The notes below the pieces were generated by a model that was given only the letters and a program-made list of their open reading frames with translations, had not been told where the DNA came from and made no database searches. DNA of 64,000 nucleotides, taken from assembly GCA_951406725.2 (NCBI GenBank), contig OX597818.1:115258001-115322000 (forward strand), given 5' to 3'. Of this stretch, positions 41,813-55,299 are shown piece after piece. Position 1 is the first letter of the stretch, and the number at the start of each line of letters is the position of its first letter. Made by a program: the position numbers and the translations under genes. This stretch comes from Octopus vulgaris (lineage: Eukaryota).

Positions 41813-44599
41813 CTATTTGAATCTAGAAAAGGTGAACGGTAGCCTATGAATACAAAAGAAGTTTTTTCATTAATGTTGTTAATAATTTGCCGACCCGCTT
41901 TAATAATGAAGAAAATTTCATTAATACATAGAGAGCATTTTTTATTTTTTCCATTATACACAGGTGCTGAAGTTAGTATTTTCCAGTTTAATCTAAAATC
42001 TAAGTTCTTACTTTTAAGTTCCCAAATGTATGCACTTAGCCCTGTAGAGTACATTCTATTTTTATTCCTAAAAGTATATCTGTGATAATTCCATCTTTGT
42101 TTTATGCTATTCATAGTTGCCCCGATATACACCCTACTACTCAATTGTGTATCTACAGTGCATTGGTAAACTACCTCCTTCCTGAGGCATTGATTACCAA
42201 ATACACATTTATTTTTATTTCTGCAATTACAAAGATTAACAGAATGAGGAAATCTAAGATTGGACACCACCCCTATACTACTATTCACATTATAAGTGTT
42301 ACAATTGTTATCATCATCCAAACCCAAAATCAACGAATGAGTTAATTTCACATTATCGGCTATATTCCTATCACTAGTACTAGTATTGGTAGTAGTAGTA
42401 TGATCTATTACATTTATATTATCTCTGACAGGTATGGTGCACTCATTATTAGTAAGGAGGTTGTTCCCATTTGTTCCAAGAAAGTTTCTATTCCTATTAT
42501 TAATGAAGAGGGGCAAGTTTTCCTGGTCTAAATTCAATTTTCTATCCTTATAGAAGTGATCCAGTTTCTTGTTATTAAAAGAGGAGATAATGGTGGCTAG
42601 ATTATGAGTAATGCTATATCCCACTCTAACAGTACCGTTGTTAATTAAAGGACTAAATTTATTCCTATCCTTACCAAAATGCCTAAAAATAACATTATGC
42701 AAAGCTCTCACTATGTTTGTTTTAATCTGCATTGCATACGGGATAATCAACCAAAGAGTATCCTTATCAGAATTAGGATTGCCTATAGAATTAATGTTAT
42801 TTGTAAAAATCCTATTCGTAGACCAACTCATAGGATTACCATTCTTACCACTGTCATTGTTATATCTATCTATATCAATATTACCATGGTTATTGCGCAA
42901 GTAAACTTTACCATTATCATGTCTACCATAAGTTTTAATTCGTATATTATTATTAATATTACTACTATTACCCGTATGTTTAGATCTATTTGAGCTACCG
43001 TTCACCTTTCCAAGGTTAACGTCACTTCTACATTTATTATAGGTGTTATCATATATTCTATTTTTACTATTCTTATGTATATTGTTGATTATCCTAAATC
43101 TATTTGTGTTGTTCCTAATAGTTCTACCTCCATTAGGGGGTTCCCCTTAGGTATAAACCAAATCTTACTTTTATATCCTGCCTTAAGCAATGCTGCATTG
43201 TATCTATCACAGTGTTTGTTAAAAATTTCCTCGTTTGAGGATAAACTAGAAATTCTCTGACTAATGCTACGCACTAGTGCATTTTTAATTTGAGGGGGTG
43301 ATTACTAGAACGGTTAATGTATATTAGGTTAGAATTAGGTTTAATATAGGGTTCATGTAAACCATTAGTAATGTTACAATTAACATCTAAATAATTAGCA
43401 GAATAATTTTCACTTTCAATGATAATGGATAGGCCGAAGCTTTTAAAAAATTTATTTATTCTTTTTTTCAGAAGATCTAATCTCCTATTTGATGTATTCC
43501 TAACACAAAATAAGGCGTCATCCCTGTATAATCCACCTTTTAATTCAGGGAATTCCCTACTAAAGTTATCTAATAGATACATCCCAACTAGATCAGTCAC
43601 CTCCGCTGAGTCCGGCGATCCCATTGTGATATCGAACAAGTTGGGTGTGTCCTTTCTAGCCCAAAGTTTATTATCAAACTCTATTAAAGTTTTCCTGGCT
43701 GTTAGTATAACCTTAATCTCCCCCATACTTAATTTAGTGTGTTTTCTAGCAAAAATTAAGGACTTATTTAATATAATAGGGTTAATGGAAGTGTAATAAT
43801 TCTGTATATCGAATTGTATAAATTTATTTCTATTATAGCTAAAGTTGTTACTGTCACAGACCTTAATGGCAGAAAACCAATCCAAAGCACCCTGAGTATT
43901 CTTCCAAAGGTTTAGTTTGATTTTATTGCGGATGGTGGGTAGATATTTATCTAGAATGAGTTTACTTAGTCTGCCTAAGTCAGATTTAGTGGGGCAAATT
44001 AATCTGACCTGTGTGTTTCCAAGAAAATTCTCTTTATGATCCTTTAGTGTAATTCTCGGTCTAGATGGGGTGTAGGGTTCCGTTTTTTCTTCTAGGTAGT
44101 AGTCAAATATGATTTCTCTGATCTCCAGGTTCAGTTTTCTAAGTGTACTAGAAGGTACTACTTTGTATTTCTTGGTTATTTCCTTGTGTAGAAGATCATG
44201 ATATGCAGTAATGTCAATGTTGTAGATGTTGTTGGTTTTGTCAGAATGTGTTAGAATGCCGCTCTTACCTTTGAGAGTTCTAATTAAGTCATTCAATTCT
44301 CTTTGGTGCGGGTTATATCTTAAAGGATGATTTCTAAATTTTATGTTTTTTACAGTCTCCCATAGTTCTTGTTCAAAATTGTCTAGATGTATATTTGGTG
44401 GAGGAGACTTTCTAGATTTAAATGTAGTGCCTGTTAGTTTTAATATTTCTTCATAGGTGCTTCCAATTCTATTACGGATCGTTTCCCCAGTGTGTTGTTG
44501 GTTTATTTTATTATTATAGTTCTCATGGTGGAAAATCCTCCATCTGATCCTGTGGATGAATTCATTCATTCTATAAATTAGTTCTTTAGTGTAATGGTC
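41813..44599 (-). pseudogene. PLE ORF (RT + thumb + Asn-rich linkers + GIY-YIG endonuclease), left copy, three 1-nt frameshifts
   Basis: RT motifs FIQFDIQNYYTSI, FDITMGSPDSAEVTDLVG, GGLYRDDAL and NYLDV; SNHP thumb motif; CNCRNKNKC linker; endonuclease VVYQC...VYIGAT...KQRWNYH...CSLCINE. Confidence 0.9.
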
Positions 44600-46880
44600 A
44601 GAAGAAAAAACGGAACCCTACACCCCATCTAGACCGAGAATTACACTAAAGGATCATAAAGAGAATTTTCTTGGAAACACACAGGTCAGATTAATTTGCC
44701 CCACTAAATCTGACTTAGGCGGACTAAGTAAACTCATTCTAGATAAATATCTACCCACCATCCGCAATAAAATCAAACTAAACCTTTGGAAGAATACTCA
44801 GGGTGCTTTGGATTGGTTTTCTGCCATTAAGGTCTGTGACAGTAACAACTTTAGCTATAATAGAAATAAATTTATACAATTCGATATACAGAATTATTAC
44901 ACTTCCATTAACCCTATTATATTAAATAAGTCCTTAATTTTTGCTAGAAAACACACTAAATTAAGTATGGGGGAGATTAAGGTTATACTAACAGCCAGGA
45001 AAACTTTAATAGAGTTTGATAATAAACTTTGGGCTAGAAAGGACACACCCAACTTGTTCGATATCACAATGGGATCGCCGGACTCAGCGGAGGTGACTGA
45101 TCTAGTTGGGATGTATCTATTAGATAACTTTAGTAGGGAATTCCCTGAATTAAAAGGTGGATTATACAGGGATGACGCCTTATTTTGTGTTAGGAATACA
45201 TCAAATAGGAGATTAGATCTTCTGAAAAAAAGAATAAATAAATTTTTTAAAAGCTTCGGCCTATCCATTATCATTGAAAGTGAAAATTATTCTGCTAATT
45301 ATTTAGATGTTAATTGTAACATTACTAATGGTTTACATGAACCCTATATTAAACCTAATTCTAACCTAATATACATTAACCGTTCTAGTAATCACCCCCT
45401 CAAATTAAAAATGCACTAGTGCGTAGCATTAGTCAGAGAATTTCTAGTTTATCCTCAAACGAGGAAATTTTTAACAAACACTGTGATAGATACAATGCAG
45501 CATTGCTTAAGGCAGGATATAAAAGTAAGATTTGGTTTATACCTAAGGGGAACCCCCTAATGGAGGTAGAACTATCAGGAACAACACAAATAGATTTAGG
45601 ATAATCAACAATATACATAAGAATAGTAAAAATAGAATATATGATAACACCTATAATAAATGTAGAAGTGACGTTAACCTTGGAAAGGTGAACGGTAGCT
45701 CAAATAGATCTAAACATACGGGTAATAGTAGTAATATTAATAATAATATACGAATTAAAACTTATGGTAGACATGATAATGGTAAAGTTTACTTGCGCAA
45801 TAACCATGGTAATATTGATATAGATAGATATAACAATGACAGTGGTAAGAATGGTAATCCTATGAGTTGGTCTACGAATAGGATTTTTACAAATAACATT
45901 AATTCTATAGGCAATCCTAATTCTGATAAGGATACTCTTTGGTTGATTATCCCGTATGCAATGCAGATTAAAACAAACATAGTGAGAGCTTTGCATAATG
46001 TTATTTTTAGGCATTTTGGTAAGGATAGGAATAAATTTAGTCCTTTAATTAACAACGGTACTGTTAGAGTGGGATATAGCATTACTCATAATCTAGCCAC
46101 CATTATCTCCTCTTTTAATAACAAGAAACTGGATCACTTCTATAAGGATAGAAAATTGAATTTAGACCAGGAAAACTTGCCCCTCTTCATTAATAATAGG
46201 AATAGAAACTTTCTTGGAACAAATGGGAACAACCTCCTTACTAATAATGAGTGCACCATACCTGTCAGAGATAATATAAATGTAATAGATCATACTACTA
46301 CTACCAATACTAGTACTAGTGATAGGAATATAGCCGATAATGTGAAATTAACTCATTCGTTGATTTTGGGTTTGGATGATGATAACAATTGTAACACTTA
46401 TAATGTGAATAGTAGTATAGGGGTGGTGTCCAATCTTAGATTTCCTCATTCTGTTAATCTTTGTAATTGCAGAAATAAAAATAAATGTGTATTTGGTAAT
46501 CAATGCCTCAGGAAGGAGGTAGTTTACCAATGCACTGTAGATACACAATTGAGTAGTAGGGTGTATATCGGGGCAACTATGAATAGCATAAAACAAAGAT
46601 GGAATTATCACAGATATACTTTTAGGAATAAAAATAGAATGTACTCTACAGGGCTAAGTGCATACATTTGGGAACTTAAAAGTAAGAACTTAGATTTTAG
46701 ATTAAACTGGAAAATACTAACTTCAGCACCTGTGTATAATGGAAAAAATAAAAAATGCTCTCTATGTATTAATGAAATTTTCTTCATTATTAAAGCGGGT
46801 CGGCAAATTATTAACAACATTAATGAAAAAACTTCTTTTGTATTCATAGGCTACCGTTCACCTTTTCTAGATTCAAATAG
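44600..46880 (+). pseudogene. PLE ORF, right copy (more 5'-truncated), same three frameshifts
   Basis: Mirror image of the left copy starting at EEKTEPYTPSRPRITLKDHK. Track ORFs 44808..45419, 45419..45604 and 45688..46887 are pieces of one frameshifted ORF. Confidence 0.9.
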
Positions 46881-48602
46881 AACTTAGCACTTCCACTATT
46901 ATTAATTTTTTAATTCCCTTCTTTAACTAAATATACCTGTGGTCTTCTATAATTCTAAAGTATACAATTTATAAATTTCATAATTTTATAATTTTTATAG
47001 CTACATTTGTATAATAATTAATGGATGTGTCTAGTATTATTGGTTTCTTGGTTTTTGTATGTGGGTTTTTGTTTGTTTTTTAAGAGAAATGCAATATGAC
47101 ATAAAATAACATATTCATTTTGGTATTTGCCTTGTAATGTGTGATTTTTGAAGTTTTCCAATATTGCATAGTATATTTTGCATAGTATATATGTATATCT
47201 TGGTTAGATACCTAGCTCTGGATAATGTAATGATATTGTATAATATGTAATATATGAGAGCCTTTTGTGAGTTTGGTGGGTTTAGGTTGAGATTATAGGT
47301 TTTTTTTGTATGTGTTTATTTGGAAGGTTTTTATTATATATTTGGTCTTTTTGTACTCACCTTAATTTGTATCTTATGCTATTCACTGATAAACCTTTTT
47401 CATTTTTTTCATTTTCTCATTTACATGCATTTTGCTTTATAATTATTACCAGCCTCATATATTTAGTTTATATCTATAGTCCTCTGGATCTGTACTTTAA
47501 ACTATCCTTCCATACATATTTACTTTCAACAATATAACATATACAAACATATATATTCACTTTATTTATTTTTATTTATTTTCCATTTTATTGTAATATT
47601 ATCAATCTTTGCATCTAGTCTTCTATTTATTTATTTATTTGCCTATTTAAGTGTAGATGTTTACATACATATCAAGTCATCTAATTTGTTACCTATTTAT
47701 TTTTTACTTATTTACTTATACTGGTGTAGTTTTATACATACATATCTATCATTTATTTTTATTTAATTTTAATAATATATGAATACATATATACTAGTTT
47801 GTACTTATAATTATGTGTATAACCGTATTTATTCCTTCGTATTTATTCCTTCTTATTTATTTTATCTCTTTTCATCTTAAGTCTTTATAATATAAAATTT
47901 ATTTAAAATTTCTGTGATGTTCTCATAAGCGTTTACATTAATACTTCCCCTTCTATTCTTTAATGCCTAAACTGGTATATTATGGCACTATATTTATTAA
48001 GTTAATAAGTGACTTATTTATAATATTTAAATTAATATATATTTTATATTTTATATTTTATAATTTAGCGTACTTAAAATCATAACAAACTTACGATAAA
48101 CCTAACAACCGTATGTTTACTCTGCAACAAACCGGTGTTATAAATTTTAAGTTACCCATGAAATAATTATCTGAATTAGTAACATACTGATATTTAAAAA
48201 TATATTTATATCTAAATTAAATATTTTATAGAATGCATGGATGGTTCTTTTTTTGTTATTGAGGCTCAGTTATAATTTTGAAGGACTAAATGTTAGCATA
48301 GTTGCTTCCCTTTTTGTTTATCTAAGTGCTAGTTGTTGCTTGTGATTATGTATGTGTATAAGTGTATGTATATACATATAACTATGTGTGTATGTGCGAT
48401 TGATCTGTAGATGCGTGTGTGAATATTGGCGTTCCCTGACTAACCAACCGTATAATTTTCTTTTGTGATTTAAATTTCAAACCAATAGCCAATCGAATTA
48501 ATCTAAATTTTCTTTACCTAGTGGTCAGCATTTCTTAACTCATAGTTATTTCGATCTTGAAAGGATGGACTTGGTGCTAACTTAACTGTATCTATTTTTT
48601 TA

Positions 48603-48672
<70 letters not shown>

Positions 48673-49011
48673 AGTAATTTTTATTAACTTTTATAGCTTT
48701 AGAATTTTATGAACTGTACCACGGATTTAATTATTATTTTTCATCTCCATATGTGTTAGCCTTTTTTTTATAAAAAAAACTATTAGCCAAATATGTATAA
48801 TATCGGTACTTATTAATATTAATATATACACTGTTATATATTTTGTTTTATTTTGTTCTGTTTACCTTCCTTTTTGTACAAATGTGTATTATATTATATA
48901 AGTGTAGCATTATGATGTATAAGTTTTTATATTTTACATTTTTATATTTTTATATTTATATGTATATGATTATATAATATTTTTCACTATTATAACAAAT
49001 TTAATTTAATT

Positions 49012-49119
49012 CTCTGAAGAGGCCGTGGGGCATCCTTGTTAATGCCTCATTTATACCTGCCTTTATGGCTTATAGGTTAAATGAGGTATGACTGTCCTCA
49101 CTGCCGAAACAGCTGTCAG
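49012..49119 (+). ncRNA. Type I hammerhead ribozyme motif in the PLE 3' region (extended stem II)
   Basis: CT-CTGAAGA-GGC...(85-nt stem II)...GCC-GAAA-CAGCTG-TC-AG; palindromic stem III ACAGCTGT; predicted cleavage after GUC (49117). Confidence 0.75.
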
Positions 49120-49489
49120 TTTTGATTTATTTGTATATTATATTTGAAATTTTTTACTTATATCTCTTTATCTTTTTACTATTACTGTATATCTCATTTC
49201 ATTTTATATATTGCCTTTACTCATATGTAATGGTGTATTAAAGTATGGATTGAGTATCATCGGATAGTTGATGTTTTACTGATTTAAGTATGTTTCTCCA
49301 TTCTCTAATTTTGTAGTATTAATTTACGGTAATATTATTACCTTTACCCATTTAATACAATAGATGAACTGATTGCTTGACAATTTTTAACATCTATGTA
49401 TTAATTTTGTTGGGTACCTATCTAGCAGTATATTGGATATATATTATCCCATGGTGGGTTGAATTTTCAACCCCTATCTCATTTTATAA

Positions 49490-49543
<54 letters not shown>

Positions 49544-50053
49544 GTGTATATATATAGTTAAAATTTATAGTAAAACAAAACAACGAAGACAGGTGTATGA
49601 ACAAGAAGCAGGTACATTAGTTTGACCCTTGGTAAAGTGAAAAAGTCTTTTGCGCTTGAGCCTACGTTCTTCAATAGAAAAGAATAAAATAAAATAAAAT
49701 AAACATTTTAACATCTGTTAAAATGTATTTTAGTATGTCGTACGTAACGAAATCGCAAACACATACACACACACTTACAGACACATACACACTGATATAC
49801 AAAATGCAACGTCGTCGTCGTCGTCGTCGTGTTATCAAAGGTCCTTTACTATTGTTGATTATAGAAATATTATTTTAGATAAAATTTTATATTGCTTTAA
49901 TCCAAATGAAAATAAAAATTGCGTGTTGAAACTCACGGGGTGTAATACTATTACCTTGTAAAATTTGATTTGATTTGGTGGAGCCGTTTGAAAATGCATA
50001 GGGAACAGACAGACAAAGAATTTTATATAGATAGAGGTAGATAAGATGATATG

Positions 50054-50096
<43 letters not shown>

Positions 50097-50788
50097 TATA
50101 GGCGCAGGAGTGGCTGTGTGATAAGTAGCTTGCTTACGAACCACATGGTTCTGGGTTCAGTCCCACTGGCACCTTGGGCAAGTGTCTTCTACTATAGCCT
50201 CGGGCCGATCAAACCCTTTTGAGTGGATTTGGTAGACGGAAACTGAAAAGAAGCCCGTCGTATATATGTATATATATGTATATATATATGTGTGTGTGTG
50301 TGTGTATGTTTGTGTGTCTGTGTTTGTCCCCACAACATCGCTTGACAACGGATGGTGGTTTGTTTACGTCCCCGTAACTTAGCGGTTCGGCAAAAGAGAA
50401 CGATAGAATAAGTTATAAGATTACAAAGAATAAGTCCTACGGTCGATTTGCTCGACTAAAGGCGGTGCTCCAGCATGGCCGCAGTCAAATGACTGAAACA
50501 AATAAAAGAGTAAAAAGAGTATATATATATATATATAGTAAATAAAAAAATAAACGAAGAACAAATACAAAAAAAAAACAACAAGGCGAGGACGTGGTGC
50601 ATGTAAGGTATTAGCAGACACTCAGGGAAGGAAAGAAAGGTGTTTTAATGTTTCTTCTTCGGAAACAGAGGAATGTCCAATAGAAAAGGAAGACGGAGGA
50701 AGAAAATCGCCAACGATTAAAAATTATAGAATAACGAAGGTGTTTATAATTTTCACATTTTGCTGAATCCTCCATTGATTTATATACA

Positions 50789-50854
<66 letters not shown>

Positions 50855-52699
50855 TCTATATACATAAGTATGAAAACATGCATAAGTGAGGGTGTATTTA
50901 TGTGTCTACGTGTGTTTTCTTAAAGCCATGATCGACATACGATTACTCCTTTGTGTGTGAATGTGTGCGTGCGCCCGCCCGCGTATGTGTGTATGTGGTA
51001 GTGGTGGCGAGGAGGGGATAAACGCAAACGCATGCGTTTTTTCATAAACAGCATATTTTTGTGGGGCTAAACACAGAGGGGACAAACAAGGACAGACAAA
51101 CGGATTAAGTCGATTATATCGACCCCAGTGCGTAACTGGTACTTATTTAATCGACCCCGAAAAGATGAAAGGCAAAGTCGACCTCGGCGGAATTTGAACT
51201 CAGAACGTAGCGGCAGACGAAATACCTATTTCTTTACTACCAACAAGGGGCTAAACACAGAGGGGACAAACAAGGACAGACAAAGGGATTAAATCGATTA
51301 TATCGACCCCAGTGCGTAACTGGCACTTATTTAATCTATCCCGAAAGGATGAAAGGCAAAGTCGACCTCGGCGGAATTTGAACTCGGAACGTAGCGACAG
51401 ACGAAATACGGCTACGCATTTCGCCCGGCGTGCTAACGACTCTGCCAGCTCACCGCCTTAATGAACTGGAATATAATGATCTGCATACTGCATACAAAAT
51501 TATCCAAACAATCGATAAGCTTAAACGTCGAGCGTCTTCAGCCTTTCTTCATAAGACAAATTCTTGAGACCAAGAACCATGCGGGTAGCCAGCTTCTGGG
51601 CTCTTTCGAGATGCTGTATGTCTTTGGGGTGATAAGGAGAAGAGGCTTGAATCCCGTACTCCAATATGGGTCTCACCAGCGTGACATAGAGATAAATTGA
51701 TTACATCGACCCCAGTACTTGATTTGAACTCAGAACGTGAAGATGAACGAAATGCGCTAAGCATTTCACCCGTCATACTAGCGATTCTGCCGGCCCGCCA
51801 CCTTAGGTGTCGTTAATTATTGTACATCATTCATCGAAGGCCTTTTTCTAAAAGTTATTCACTTAGGAGGACCACTATTGGACATTACACAGGACGAATG
51901 CACGTATGTATGTAAAGTCTATTCCAACCACCTTACTATTCGTCACTCTATTAAGTTTTCACTAACTCTACTCACTCTTCAAATCTCATGAGGTCAAACT
52001 TTGCCTTTCATCCTTTCGAGGTTGTTTAAAAAAAAGAACAAGAACGAATTCAGGGCGGTGCACTGGTGGACGGAACTGTAAAGAATTCGGGACAGATTCC
52101 TTGCGATATTTGTCCGGTTCTCTGCGAGTTGCCTACATAAGCACTTAAAATAATTGGCGGAATCGTGGCACCTGTTACCAAGTCATATCCGTCGATGTGT
52201 GACAGTTGGCCGTACTGTAAACTTCCTACCTTACAGAGATTGAATTGATGTTATGATAACAATCCGTTCTACTCTGGGCACAAGCCCTGAAATTTTGGGG
52301 GACAGGGAAAGTCTATCTTATCGACTGCAGTACTTGAGTGGTATTTAATTTATCGACCCCAAAAGGATGAAAGGGTAAGTCGACCTCGGCGGAATTTGAA
52401 CTCAGAACGTAGACGAAATACCTATTTTTTTTACTACCAACAAGGGGCTAAACACAGAGAGGACAAACAAGGACAGACAAACGGATTAAGTCGATTATAT
52501 CGACCCCAGTGCGTAACTAGTACTTAATTTATCGACCCCGAAAGGATGAAAGGCAATGTCGACCTCGGCGGAATTTGGACTCAGAACGTAACGACAGACG
52601 AAATACCACTAAACATTTCCCCCGGCGTGCTAACGTTTCTGCCACCTCGCCGCCTTTGATGTTATAATAATTCGTATTCCATCCATTCATCCTTCCTAT

Positions 52700-53040
52700 C
52701 TACCCACCTTTCCTGAGAGGGTCAATGGCATAGACTCTTCAAGCACCTTCTTCATAGCGTCCTTCAGAAGCAACCATCCATTACGCTTTCCAACTGGATT
52801 TCCAACCATGACCAGCTCAGACTATGGATATTATCCAGTCGTCTCGTTCTTGGTTTTTCTCTAAGGTATCTTGCGAGTCTTTCCTGCGTCTTTCTAATCA
52901 CATGTCCATAATACTGGAGTCGCGATCTCTCAATGCCTTCTTTTATTTGATGTATTAGTGTAGATTTCCATTTCTAAAGTTGGTACGAGGCCATATTTGA
53001 AATAATATAAACTTTTTAATACTTGCTTCTGTATCTTTCC
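52700..53040 (-). mobile_element. RTE-like LINE 3' remnant
   Basis: Minus strand reads IERSRLQYYGHVIRK...KPRTRRLDNI. Confidence 0.5.
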
Positions 53041-55104
53041 GTTCTGAATTAAATCCTACTCTTCTGTTTCTGAAACCCTGCAAATAATAACTTAGTACAA
53101 CATGGTGTTTAGCCGTGCATACCACATGTCCTGCAACTCCACTGCTGTGTAAATGATAATGAAATCTTAAGTATAGCGCAGCCATAAAAACTCTGTAGGG
53201 CTCAACCAATTACGGTTGATTTTCTTTCTACTGTCCCAATTTATATCGTCTTTAAACAGTTTTATAGTCTTTCCTACGAATATTTATGCAATTTACTTTG
53301 CGAATTATACAATAGAAACAGCTGTATAGTAAAATGTGACAAACTTAATGATGAGTCGTAAAAGTTGAGGTTTTCGTCTAGAAAAAATCCTTTTAGAAAT
53401 GTATTGTGTTAAAAACAAAAAGAACAGTATACTTCAGAGTGATGGAACGAAATCGCCCCAGAAGTAACCACAAGTGCATAAATCGTCATTGTTGCGGCTT
53501 CTCAATTTCACGGACTTGTGTCATTTTCGAACCGATATAGAGTCCTAAAATATTGGGTTGTTTCTTTCAAGCCTTGTACATATTCTATCCCTTTTGCCAA
53601 AACGCTAAATTACAGGAACGTAAACAAACCACCACCGGTTGTCAAGCAGTGGTGGGGGTCAAACACAAACACAAATACACGCACGCACGCACGCACACAC
53701 ACAGTTTCCGTCTACCAAATCCACTCAAGGCTTTGGTCGGTGGGGGGCTATTTTAGCGGACACTTGCCCAAAGTACCATAGTGTGAGACTGAACCCGGAA
53801 TCATGTGGTTGAGAAGCAAACTTCTTACCACACAGCCACGCCTAAACAATACGTATATTAAGCCTTTCTACTATAGGCACAAGGTCTGAAAATTTGGGGG
53901 TGGAGACCAGTCGATTAGCTCGACCCCAGTACGCAACTGGGACTTAATTTATCGACCCCCGAAAGAATGAAAGGCAAAGTCAACCTCAACAGAATTTGAA
54001 CTCAAAACATAGCAATGGACAAAATACCTATTTCTTTATTGCCCACAAGGGGCTAAACACAGAGGGGACAAACAAAGACAGACAAACGGATTAAGTCGAT
54101 TATATCGACCCCAGTGCGTAAATGGTACTTATTTAATCGACCCCCTAAAGGATGAAATGCAAAGTCGACCTCAGCGGAATTTGAACTCAGAACGTAACCG
54201 CAGACGAAATACCGCTAAGCATTTCGCCCAGCATGCTAACGTTTCTGCCAGTTCGCCGTATGTATGTATTTGTGTATTAATAACGAAATGTGAGGTGCTC
54301 TGTGACTGTTTCTGAAAGCATAAGTCTGATTGAATCTAAGCTTAATTCATGTGATCACATGATCGACCAGACTGTCGGACGCTGTTATACATCGCTGGTC
54401 ACAATGCCCTTTGCATCGTTTTAGCTCTTTTGAATGGTGCCAACCCGCAGGTTAGGCGAGCGGGCCAACGTTACATCTAACCAAAAAGCTGGTCCAGCGC
54501 AGAGTGACCTATTTACAGCTGAGTGGACTGAAGCAACGTGAAATGAAATATTTTGTCCAAGCACACAACGCCCATCCGGCCCGAAATTCAATACCAGGAT
54601 CTCATGATCGTGATTGCAACACACCTACCTACTAGGCTACGTGCCTTCAGCAAAGCTTAAATGTGTCGGCTACATTATACTTAAGTATGTAAATTAAAAT
54701 TATTCATTTACAAATTACTAGAGAGAGGTAGGGGGAAAAACCCAAATTTTCTGTCCCTTGCGAAATAAGTTGAAGCACCTTCACTCAGCTTTATAATTTG
54801 TGCTGTGGAAACTCCAAATTAAGAAAAAAATCATGGTGCGTATCAGCTAGATCCACTGAGCGGCACTTTGGGCAGTTCTGCCATATCTTGTCATAGAGTT
54901 CGGTTGAGTAATTAGTAGTATGTGGAAATTAGAATATAGAAACTACGTGGATTATGTCACATAAATGCATGCATATAGACACACACGCCCACACACACGC
55001 ATACATATACATACTCACACACACACACATACACACACACACACACACATATACATATATACATACATACGACGAGCTGGCAGAATCGTTAGCCGAACAA
55101 TTAT

Positions 55105-55149
55105 TCTGTGTTGATGAAGGGAAATAACCCAGAAATCGCGATACACAGA
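55105..55149 (+). ncRNA. Minimal hammerhead-like motif
   Basis: TCTGTG-TTGATGA-A-GGG-AAATAA-CCC-A-GAAA-TCGCGA-TA-CACAGA; palindromic stem III ATCGCGAT. Confidence 0.6.
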
Positions 55150-55299
55150 TATTGTTTTGAGCTGAGTGGGTGTGATAGATTCCCTTGTTCGAAAATATAA
55201 GGACAAAGATCATGTCGTATAGCGAGCTGGAGAAGATGTCCCCTGGGGCTAAAATATAGCAACATTCGTCCTAAACCAGGACTGCCATGTTATGTTGGC

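Larger units (their letters stand above)
39367..49491. mobile_element. Penelope-like retroelement (EN+, C-terminal GIY-YIG): two 5'-truncated copies head-to-head forming a ~10-kb palindrome
   Basis: 39367-44093 is the reverse complement of 44600-49319 (mirror ORFs 41806..43005 / 45688..46887). The 506-bp spacer 44094-44599 is extra 5' sequence of the left copy. The right copy runs ~170 bp further, to a (TA)n tract. Both ends abut (TA)n. Confidence 0.93.

Noticed and set aside
41846-46847. Antisense ORFs overlapping the PLE (e.g. 43419..43796, 42611..42904, 45700..46014)
   Set aside because: Shadows of the PLE ORF, duplicated by the palindrome; no recognisable motifs.
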